Origin: Pelagomonas calceolata
Taxonomy: Eukaryota
Length of the DNA stretch: 64,000 bases
Direction of reading: 5' to 3'
NCBI GenBank assembly: GCA_918797485.1
Contig: CAKKNE010000006.1
Coordinates: 1,116,001-1,180,000, forward strand
Part shown: in pieces, positions 56,501 to 64,000 of the stretch
How positions within the stretch are numbered: position 1 is the first letter of the stretch
Layout of the letters: the number at the start of each line of letters is the position of its first letter
Notes under the pieces: model-generated
Told to the model about the DNA's origin: nothing
Seen by the model: only the letters and a program-made list of their open reading frames with translations
Databases searched by the model: none
Program-made: the position numbers and the translations under genes

Positions 56501-57823
56501 TCGCGGCGGTCCGGCGCGTCGTGGGCTCTCAACGACGACGAGTACGACGGCCTCGTGCAAAAGTTGCGGCGGTCCGCGGACGGCGCGCGCGTGCCGATTG
56601 GCGCTTTGCTGAAAGCGGCGCCGCGGCGCTGCGAGGCGAAGCTGCGGCATCTCTTGAGGGACAAGGACCCGGGGTCCGCGACGCAGCGGAAGCGCCTCGG
56701 GCGCGCCGCGTGCCGCCTGCGCCGGGCGTTGTGCCACCGGGCCCGGCCGTCCGGGTCAAAGAAAGGGTTGGATCTGCGCGAGCTCGAGGACGCGGAGCCC
56801 GAGCTCTTCGAGGAGGGGACGCTCGCCGCGTTCCGCGACTGCTGCGCGCGGCTGGCGGGCTGCTCGTCGGCGGACGCCGACGCGCTCTTCAGGTTAGTCG
56901 ACGACGACAAGGACGGCGCCCTGGGCAGGCGGGAGCTCATTGAGTTCGTCCGCGATACCGGGGAGTCCTGGAGCCGGCGCGCGGGTCTGGACGCGGCGGC
57001 GCTGGACATCTCGCCGCGGTCGGACGGCGACGTCTCGGCCCAGTACAGCGACGAGGACGACGACGACCGGAGCGTGGCCTTCGAGCCCCTCGTGAAGCAG
57101 CTCCGCAAGCGGAAGACGTCGACGAAGCGGACGGGGGGCGCCCCGCACATGCGGGCGGTGGCGTCGAGAATAGCCGGCGCGCTCGTGGAAGATCGCGACG
57201 GCGACTACGAGGAGGGCCACGCGGGGAAGACGCGCCAGGGCTACCTCACGCGGCCGCTCTACGACGACCTCGAGAAGTCCGAGCGGCGCGAGGGCCACGG
57301 CGTGACCTGGGACCAGCTCTACGCGGCGTTCAAGCGGCGGGGCGTCGTCCGCGCGCTGTCGTCGCGGGACCTCGAGCTGCTCCGCGACGAGTACGCGGGC
57401 GGCTCGGACCTGGTGAGGGACTGGCGGAATCTGCTGAAGGCGGTCGACGAGGCGGCCGGCGAGGCTCCCGACGACAGCCCCCGCGACCGCGATTCGAAGC
57501 TGGCTCGCGCCGCGGCGCAGCAGCTGCTCGACGCGGCCGCTCGCTCCGAGGCCAAGGGCTCGGACTCGGACTCCGAGGGCGGCCGCGACGCCTTCGCGCA
57601 GTCGCTCCGGGACCTCTTCGCCGACATGGACGCCGACGGCGACGGCGTCCTGACGAAGCGGGAGGTGCGCGACGCGCTCGCGGATCTGGGCGAGCGCGAC
57701 AACCGGCCGGGCATGCGCCCGCACCAGATCCAGAAGCTCTTCGACGCGATCGACTTGGACGGCGACGGCGAGGTCACGTACGCGGAGCTCGTGGACTTTC
57801 TCGTGGAGCAGACGGAGGAGTAG
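50507..57823 (+). CDS. Giant (~2440 aa) RS/RD-rich protein with about 10 EF-hand pairs
   Basis: Single open frame; repeated DxDxxGDG...E loops; RS-rich and 18-aa tandem-repeat region. Confidence 0.8.
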   Translation: MPALAPKRASKSLKAERDRDRAPPAYMVRGRKTPRDRDDSYSDDSSRSRSPSDDSRSKKRGFAATKTKKRAPAKSAALGLVRKETDRVRADLDREASRALPAARKRDGGAAKSARAALAARKARSGDAGRLLLTDREKARKSTSRRGASDDSDDDDEEFRRHAEKSRRRKDDSDDEKPRSRDKPRRRVDDDADDDDVVLAGLRKAKDLDDEDVFGSRRRAKGRDEDSDVFKSRAKSRDDDSDVFKSRAKSRDDDSDVFKSRAKGRDEDSGVWGDKSRKSRADDSGVWGDKSRAKSRARDDDSDPWGGDKSRKSDRPRARSPADESDVWGDRKSRAQDDDDDAFKSRTKTTTWRVRDVDDDGNTTITSARSPRVIEEARDDAIVNTVRDGGASPVPFSTTRPPDDVAEAFDRLKTENAALRHELAQSLKAADVLAAGGVAAATMAQSLADGDAPGRALDVVSRLEDQGAGPATRTLAEVPMIGAAAPVCAVSAERTMVPKRGPRISVWGAHERAVSSAIEDRITRTQSLDCVSRLRAAVSRVNERDGYTTTSRIYGAFRDAGFLTLTPRDVEDDLCKGLSMDQRGRVDVGELLRLCADVADECAESILGAGDLISRFGPSATGGPPEGWSGDKRPEPDDDDDDDEDGRRRRRKRRSSRSRSRSDSSSRSRSPRRRSSKSRRDKRSRSRSDSPRSRRRGSSRRDRDKRSRSRSDSPRSRRRDRRDRDKSPRSRRDKDKRSSSRRGDDKRSRGAEGRLYDRLRAKRDGSRRRRDDSPRSRRDRDRSPRSRRDRDASDSPRSRRRGSSRRDRDRDRDDSPRSRRTASSRVLAKRDRAVTGRDGYPVGKGRRDTRDRDRSRRRKDDDSSTLESRDKSRRRRDDSEDEKSRRRASSRRRKDDSEDEKSRRRTSSRRRKDDSEDEKSRKRATSRRRKDDSEDEKSRKRATSRRRKDDSEDERSRKRATSRRRKDDSEDEKSRKRATSRRRKDDSEDERSRKRATSRRRKDDSEDERSRKRATSRRRKDDSEDEKSRKRATSRRRKDDSEDEKSRKRATSRRRKDDSEDERSRKRATSRRRKDDSEDEKSRRRRDDDSKTLKKRDTNRRVTGKVVDAVKRRSRHEAGSPRDAFARSLRRLFEDMDVNGDGVLSKREIRDALLDLGRRDKENAFLKPKELRDLFDDMDLNGDGKVSYDELVDFLVEHVAGDRTARKGDRRRKDDSPAKKASAKEATFVKALKKHFEDVDKDGSGDLSKKEVRDALVSFARKDRSGKFPKKDALRDLFDELDLNGDGYVSYDELCDFIDERVSSRKKSPERSRGDDKAEVTFAKALKKHFDDLDKSGDGDLSKREVKQALQTFARKDKSGKYPKLKEITSIFADMDLDGDGHVSYDEVCDYIDERVDGKRRRKDDADDEKPRRRKKDDASDDDETDPRKTFAKALKKHFDDLDKSGDDDLSKKEVKQALVAFTKKDKQGKFPKLKQLADLFRDMDLNGDGHVSYDELTEFIDGIGGGRDTKKDVTFAKALKKHFDDLDKSGEGDLSKREVKQALQSFAKKDRAGKYPKLGELRALFDAFDLDGDGYVTYEELCEYIDERVDGKGRGDDKADPRAAFAKALKKHFDDLDKSGDGDLSKREVKQALQSFSKKDKAGKYPKLKEIAAIFADMDLNGDGHVSYDEVCDYIDERVGGGGARRGRAEGKGDDTRTTFAKALKKHFDDLDKSGDGDLSKREVKQALQTFARKDKSGKYPKLKEIASIFADLDLDGDGHVSYEEICDYIDERVDGKRRRRDDGSDDDRSPRGKADPRATFAKALKKHFDDLDKSGDGDLSKREVKQALQTFARKDKSGKYPKLKEIASIFADMDLDGDGHVSYEEICDYIDERVDGKRRRRDDGSDDDRSPRGKADPRAAFAKELKKHFDDLDKSGDGDLSKREVKQALQTFAKKDRAGKFPKLKELNDIFRDLDLDGDGHVSYDEVCEYIDERVGDGRKASRSDDDDDDDDADDASRRSGASWALNDDEYDGLVQKLRRSADGARVPIGALLKAAPRRCEAKLRHLLRDKDPGSATQRKRLGRAACRLRRALCHRARPSGSKKGLDLRELEDAEPELFEEGTLAAFRDCCARLAGCSSADADALFRLVDDDKDGALGRRELIEFVRDTGESWSRRAGLDAAALDISPRSDGDVSAQYSDEDDDDRSVAFEPLVKQLRKRKTSTKRTGGAPHMRAVASRIAGALVEDRDGDYEEGHAGKTRQGYLTRPLYDDLEKSERREGHGVTWDQLYAAFKRRGVVRALSSRDLELLRDEYAGGSDLVRDWRNLLKAVDEAAGEAPDDSPRDRDSKLARAAAQQLLDAAARSEAKGSDSDSEGGRDAFAQSLRDLFADMDADGDGVLTKREVRDALADLGERDNRPGMRPHQIQKLFDAIDLDGDGEVTYAELVDFLVEQTEE
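53131..53770 (+). repeat. Coding minisatellite, 54-bp unit (KDDSEDEKSRKRATSRRR), about 12 copies
   Basis: Twelve DDSEDE units visible in the translation; near-identical DNA units. Confidence 0.9.
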
Positions 57824-57951
57824 TTCCGGCCCGGGGCGCGTAAGGGTGTCTTGCTTCCCCACTAGTAGTACGCCGGCCCGGGCGGCCGCGGCAAAGCTGG
57901 TTGGAGTCATGATGATGGATACAGGTCTGACTTATCCAGGGAGGGAAGGGG

Positions 57952-57999
57952 ATATGGCGGCCAGCGCGGTGACCAGGCGCTGCGTCGCGTCCGCCATAT
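57952..57999. mobile_element. 48-bp micro-insertion with a 9-bp TIR and 10-bp flanking direct repeat
   Basis: ATATGGCGG...CCGCCATAT flanked by AGGGAAGGGG at 57942-57951 and 58000-58009. Confidence 0.45.
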
Positions 58000-58111
58000 A
58001 GGGAAGGGGAGCCGGGGCGACGCCGTTAGTACTAAAGGAAACCCGTTTTTCAGCCGGGTTCTGAGGAGCCGCACTGAGGAATAAACTTATATCACCACAA
58101 AGAAAGACGCC

Positions 58112-61100
58112 CTAGTCCAGCCGCAAGTACAAACTCTCGTTCGTCACGAGCCCCCCGAGCAGCGCGTCCGCGTGCGCGTCGAGCGCGTTGTGCGTCGCGT
58201 ACTCCCCGAGCCCCAAAAGCACCTCGCGCACCACGTCGACGTACGACAGGATGCGCATGACGGACTTGACGAAGGACCCTAGTAAGTGCGGGTCGACCGC
58301 GCGCGCCACGCGGTGGATGTCCTTCGTGAGGCACCAATCCAAAGCCAGCAACAACAAACGTCTAGGAGGCGGGTCCAGATCCAGCTGTTGAGCCAGTTCG
58401 TCGGCGTAGGCGCACGTCGCTAGTAAGTCCGAGGACGGCTGGGCGACGTCGCGCGGGAGGGGGTCCTCAGCCTTGCCGGAGCGGTCGGGTATGAAGAGAC
58501 ACAGCCAGGCCATGATCTCTTCTCGTTTCAGACTTTGTAAAGCACCATCCGCAATACAAGTCCCGACGATGAGCGGTTCACCATCAGCAAAGGCCGCAGC
58601 GCATTTCCCCCGCGGCGTCAATTGACCATTCACATCGATAAAGCCGCAGGACTCGAGCCAGGTCCGCGACCGGTGCCAGGCGTCCCGTAAGGCTAACGCG
58701 TTCTCGGCGATGGCGTCGACCTGGCGCTGCCTTTGTTGGTCTTTGGTGAGCGCGTCGAGGAAGGCCTGCGAGCCGCCGGGATACGCCTCCTCTATCGTAC
58801 GTCTTTCCTTCTGGAGCTTCTTGACCTCCTTCTGGGACAGGCGCACGGCGATGCCCGACGACGTCGAGGACGGTTCGAGCTTGCCGACGACCTTGCGATA
58901 CCGCTCGAACGCATTTCTGTCATCGTCAGATATAGAAACCTTCGCCATGCGCTTCTCGAGCACACCATTTAAACGCCTAGCTTCGTCGGCCTTCAAAGTT
59001 TTCTCTAAAACTTCAATCCCATGGCCTCGCGCCACATGCCTCAGGACAAAGGGCCGGTCCACAACTAACTGGGAAGTGGCCCCCATGACGTCCGCCGTCA
59101 GCATCCGGTTCATTTCATGTAAAGGACACAAGTTCCTCAGACCCGCCACGCTTAATGTAGGTGCATAAACAACATAACCAACACTATCTAAGCTTCGTCT
59201 TCCCGCCCTACCGGCCATCTGCCAGAACTCGTCGACCCGCAGCCACCGGTGGCCCTGCTTCGCCCCCGTGTCGTCCGGTTTATCCAACTGCGTAAAAGCT
59301 ACGGTCCGCGCCGGCATATTCACGCCAACAGCTAACGTTTCAGTAGCGAACACGAGTCGTACTAATTTCTGCTGGAAGCACAACTCGACGAACTCCCTTA
59401 AAATAGGTAACATGCCGGAGTGGTGATACGCGACACCCCGCTCCAGTAAAAAATTAATATCCCTGTAAGCTTCGAGTTCCCCAAGTTCGGGCATATACCT
59501 CTGCAAATACTTGCGGTGCATCTGCTGGCGCTGCGTCTCGGCGGTGCGAGCTCTTTCTCTCCTTAGTAATTCGTTCTGCTCCCAATCATAGATTTCCGAG
59601 GGTGAGGCGTCGTCTCCGGGTCGGGGAGGACCCCTCGTACCTAATAGCAAGTTGAGACTCTTGCAAGCATGCGCGCCTTGGCAACAAAGCTTGCGAGACA
59701 TGCAGAACACGATCGCCGGGCACTTGTCCGCGGCGTCGAGTGCCTTGGCCAATTTTTGGCACTCGTTACTGAAGTTCAGCGGCTTCGACTGCTGTCGCGA
59801 GGAACCACCTCGGCCGCCTCGCCCGAAGGTCTTCAAGGATCGGCCAGAGGTGGACGCCCGTCCACCGGCGAAGGCGTCGCGCCTAGCTTGATGCTCCGCG
59901 TCGCGTTCGCTTCGAGCCGAGGCCGCCTGTGCTTTGGCCTTGTCACTCTTTTCATTACTCCGTTCCAACACTTTGAGGGAAAAGAGCTTGTTGAACTGCT
60001 CGCCGTCAAACACGCCAGCTTTGTGATCTGTACTATCGTGGGTCCCGTAAAACTCCAGGAACGCGCCGGTCTTCGGGTCCAGCCCGCCCACGTGCAACGG
60101 CACGTGCCGATCCAACCTCCTCACGAGCTCGCCCTTCCGGCCTCGCGCCCGCTCGATCCACCGCAAGAACGACTCGGGGTCCTTGAGCGTCGCCGAGAGA
60201 GCCACGAGCTGAATCGACGCCGGCATGTGCATCAGCGTCTCCTCCCAGACCGCGCCCCGGTCCACGTCATTTATATAATGGATCTCGTCGGAGACGACGC
60301 AGCCCAAGCGCTCTAGGTCCGGATCGCCGTCTCCCGTGAAGCCGTCCCGGATTAACGCCGCGAGAGCCGTCGCGGCCTCAGAATCTCCCGCCTCGGCCGC
60401 GGCCTTCGCGGCGGCGAAGTGCACGGCCGCCGGTTGCGTGCCGGACGCCTTCACGAGCTTGTTTCTGAGGATCTCGGACGTGCAAATGATCAACTCCTTC
60501 TCACTCCCGGGCGGGGCGCGAATCTTAACATCGCCCGTCAGCAACGTCACGTGCGCATCAATACCCTTCTTGCGGAACCACTCGCAGAACTCGGCGTACT
60601 TCTGATTTGATAGGGCTTTGATCGGCGAGGTATACACGGCCCGCAGACCGCGCTTGAAGGCTTGGAGGATCGCTATGAGTGCCACGGCCGTCTTCCCCGA
60701 TCCCGTAGGAGCCATGGCCAACAAATCAATGTCTTGCTTCACGATAACAGCTAAGCTTCTTCTCTGGAAGTCGTCGATCGGATAACCGAGCGTTTCATTC
60801 ACGTAAGACTCTTCCAAAGCTCCGCCCGTGATTTCGGGCGCGTTGTCCTCGGCGGCCAAGGCCGCCGCCTGGATATAGGCGTCAGCAGAAGATGGCAAGG
60901 GCTTCTGGGCAGATGAGGTAGAGGGCACGCGCTGCATCGACGCGCTTCGCCCCTCGTCGGAGAAGCCCCTTTGTAGCGTATCGCCGACGCCCACCAACCG
61001 CGCCCGCAATCGCGTTCGCGACGCAATGAGCACGCCGAAGAGCTCGACCTTCACTTCTGAGGCGTTCTTGACCGTTTCAACTATAGGTTCAGCAAAATAC

Positions 61101-62469
61101 GAATCATGTAGAGGTATTCTCACTCGTCTTTTTTCAGTGTGGACTAAGAGACATAGGCCCTCGTCGTCCGTTTCTATTCTACCATCGTAGACTCGCGGCG
61201 CGTTCCTACAAGAGTACGCAAGTTCCATGGCGTCGACAGAAGCATGGTAGCGTGCTAATTCGGTGTTCCGCTCGTTCAACTGTGCTAATGCGGAATCGCC
61301 CCAATGAGATGGTAGAGGTTCATCAAAAATCGCCCGCTGGTTTATGAGGTCCGCGAAGCGTCGGATCGGCGACGAGCTATGCGCGTAGAAATCCAGCTCC
61401 AGCGACGCGTGGCCCACGTCGCTCCCAATCGCCGAGACATACGACGCGGCCGTCTTCGGCTCCTGCTGCGCGCGCAGGATGCCGCCGGGCCACTGTTTTT
61501 TGGAAGCCAGTACCGTACCCATGTGCGCGTTGTATTTGATCATGGCCCACCTGCGCGCGGCGATGGCGTATGTGTGGCGCCCGACGCCATCGACGCGACG
61601 CGACGACCTCGGACGCCGCGGCGCCACGCGACGAGGTCTTCCGGGTCCTCCTCCCGCGATAGTTTTTCAAGCAGCTCCCTCAGTTGCCGGAGCGGGCCTT
61701 CTGACGCAACGCGCATCGCGTCGTAGGTCGTCTTGTCCCTGTTTCTGATTAGTGTTCGTTCGTGCCGCGCGCTTACGACCGCGTCATTCTCAATAGTGAG
61801 CCAGAGCGTGACACTATGACGGTCGACGTCCTGGTTCAACGACAGCTCGTCGTGGGCCAACTGGGGCGGGAGCATGGGGACACTTGCGCCGCCCTCCATG
61901 CGGTCATCGTCGGTGTAAACGCCCGAGTTGTAGGCCGACGCGGCTCGTTGCAGGGCCCAGACATCTAAGGGCGATCCCGGCGGAATCCGACAAGCGACGT
62001 CCGCAATATGAATGCCGAGGACCGTTCTCCCATTCTCCTCATGGATTGACAGGGCGTCATCTACATCTCTGGTGGAGGCATTATCAATGGACATGCAGTG
62101 CAAGTGGCGGCAGTCCCTCCGATCATCTGGGTCAGACAAGGCCCAGGGCTGTGCCGGATACCGGCAGGGCTTCACGCGGAAATGCAGTTGAAAGGCTAAC
62201 AGTTCCGTAGCGTGGTCGCCGACCGGTCCTAAAATTTCGATGAGATCCGCATACCGTGCGCCCTTGACGTCGTCATCATTCTCTCTTAATTTAACTTTGG
62301 CCCACTGGTTGAGCTTCGTTGGCGTCTTGCAGGTCACGATGTATTTGACGCCTCCGCCGTACAGTAAAGTGGCGGGCACGCCGTCCGTACCATAACGGTT
62401 GCGGTCGTCGAATTTTAATATCGCTACTCTATCTGGTCCCGGCGGCTGCGGTGGCAGGGGGTGCTGCAT
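58112..62469 (-). CDS. RNB (RNase II/R) exoribonuclease fused to a Ski2/Mtr4-like DExH helicase; exons 62469-61628 and 61550-58112 (1426 aa)
   Basis: RNB: SIDNASTRDVDDALS, LGIHIADV, PMLP, YAHSSSPIRRFADLINQR. Helicase: APTGSGKT, YTSPIKALSNQKY, DEIH, LSAT, HHSGMLP, FATETLAVGVNMPA, QMAGRAGRR. Intron 61551-61627 joins them in frame (EDLVAWAMIKYN). Confidence 0.85.
61551..61627 (-). other. 77-nt GT-AG intron containing the reversed CGCCATCGACGCG motif
   Basis: GC|GTGGCG...CGCGCAG|GTGG; GTGG duplicated at the junctions. Confidence 0.85.
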
Positions 62470-63006
62470 GGCTGCGCGCGCCTGCTGCTGCGGGTCAGCA
62501 GCCTTGCTGGCCTTTGTGGTGGGCGCTTTGCGGTGGCTTTTGCGGCCGAAGCGCTGCGCGCGCGTTGTCTACGATGCGTTTGCAGTAATTACTGTGCGCG
62601 CCGTGCAATGCGCGCGCGATGCAGCGCGTTTGACTCGAATCGCGCCTTACCTAAAGCCTTAGATGATAGACACTAGACTATCCCACGCCTGCGATTTACA
62701 GCGATTTTTCCCACAGTCGTGGTTGCACGAGTGTTGCGACTGGTTGATAGATAGAAACCTCTGTTTTACAAATTTGATCTCGATGACGCCGCGTGCTGGA
62801 TTCGACGCCGTAGTCACGCCCGTGGCCAGCATTCGTGCTGTCTGGTAGCTCGAGACATCTATTTGTTGTCTCCCTTCAGTGCCGTTGCGCGTGCGTGATT
62901 ACATTTGAGCTGTACGGCAGCAGAGCGACAGCAGCCTGCAGTCCCCATTCACAGCAGCCATAAGCGACGCCGATCGCATCGCGGCGTCGACGAAGCAGCC
63001 GCAGCC

Positions 63007-64000
63007 ATGGCACGCCTGCTCGCACTCCTCGCCACGACCACGGCATGGCAATCACCGCAGCAGCTAAGGCAGCCGACACGCTTGTACCGCATAAAAAACT
63101 CCGCCTCCGTCGGAGCAGAAGCACCCGTAGCGCCCAAAATAAGGTACACGAAGCCCGACTTAAGTAGCGCCACGGACACTTTTAGTGCATTAGCAAGGAT
63201 GTGCGGCGTCACTAGTAATGTGCAGGACGCTACCCTCGACTTCCAGGGCTTCTCCCTAGCTTTTGAGCAATTGTACAACGACAACGTCGCGCTGGAGGAG
63301 GGCCAACTGTCAGAACTACGACGGGAACTCTCAATAAATTCAGATGATGATCCGGTCTCGTTACACGACTGGGGCCCGTTCCACGCGGCCTACATGAAGC
63401 GGAGCGGCATGGCCTCCGTCCTCTCGATGCAGGCTACTCAAAAACAAAAGGAGAAAGATAACGAAGATGCATTGCGATTGCTACGAGACCAGCACGCCCA
63501 GCGCGAGAAGGACTGGGCCCAGGAGCTCCAAAAGGCGAAGATGGACCAGGCGGCCCGGAGTATGTCCAAGGCCAAGCTCCTGTCCAAGGACATGGAGGCC
63601 GAGAAGAAGTCTAGGGGGAAGTACTTCGAGGCTAGGGAGAGTGCGGCCAAAGCCGCGGCGCAGTATAGAAGCCTAGAACCGGGCCGGTGGGACGAAGTTG
63701 TCTCAGATGTCGGTGGCATGCGTAAGGCACTGGAGGAGATTCGACGACGGGTCTGGACGCCGTTGTGTGCGCCTACTGCTTTACTTGATGAGCTCGGTGC
63801 CGAAAGGTTGAAGGGTGTGCTGTTGTACGGTCCGCCCGGATGTGGTAAAAGTTACTTGGCCAAACGGTTAGCGAAATCTCTCTCGAGGAGGCCGGCGACG
63901 GTCGTCAGCGGCCCGGAGATCATCGACAAGTACGTCGGATCATCAGAAGCGCAACTCAGGGATTTATTCGCGTCCCCACCTTTGGTGCCACCGCGACCGG
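63007..64000 (+). CDS. NSF-like AAA+ ATPase with signal peptide (partial, runs off the window)
   Basis: Open frame from ATG 63007 (MARLLALLATTTAWQ); VGGMRKALEEIRRR, GVLLYGPPGCGKS, VSGPEIIDKYVGSSEAQLRDLF. Absent from the ORF track, presumably because it has no stop in the window. Confidence 0.8.
   Translation, partial: MARLLALLATTTAWQSPQQLRQPTRLYRIKNSASVGAEAPVAPKIRYTKPDLSSATDTFSALARMCGVTSNVQDATLDFQGFSLAFEQLYNDNVALEEGQLSELRRELSINSDDDPVSLHDWGPFHAAYMKRSGMASVLSMQATQKQKEKDNEDALRLLRDQHAQREKDWAQELQKAKMDQAARSMSKAKLLSKDMEAEKKSRGKYFEARESAAKAAAQYRSLEPGRWDEVVSDVGGMRKALEEIRRRVWTPLCAPTALLDELGAERLKGVLLYGPPGCGKSYLAKRLAKSLSRRPATVVSGPEIIDKYVGSSEAQLRDLFASPPLVPPRP

Noticed and set aside
63212..63233. CTAGTAATGTGCAGGACGCTAC as another copy of the intergenic motif
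   Set aside because: Many mismatches and inside the AAA ATPase CDS.

Overview
This is eukaryotic nuclear DNA: GC-rich, gene-dense and containing spliceosomal introns. It holds about 35 protein-coding genes; I found no rRNA, tRNA or CRISPR array. Gene content (flagellar WD40 dynein chain, RIIa/radial-spoke protein, stramenopile mastigoneme protein, signal-peptide + F/W plastid-type leaders) and intron style suggest a pelagophyte alga such as Pelagomonas (inference, not verified). Main observations: (1) most of the 14 reconstructed introns are repetitive; four are introner elements with 15-bp TIRs and 8-bp TSDs, four form a second TIR-less family, and nearly all share the 13-mer CGCCATCGACGCG in either orientation; (2) the motif CTAGTGTCTTAC-N2-4-CGCTAG occurs 9-10 times, always intergenic and upstream of genes; (3) after splicing, one gene fuses an RNase II/RNB exonuclease to a Ski2-like DExH helicase; (4) a ~1.6-kb foldback palindrome has 297-bp apparently identical inner arms; (5) a MITE-like insertion with a 12-bp TSD interrupts a small cold-shock-domain ORF missed by the ORF track; (6) several unusual domain fusions. 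Gene models were built by eye and no database searches were run.
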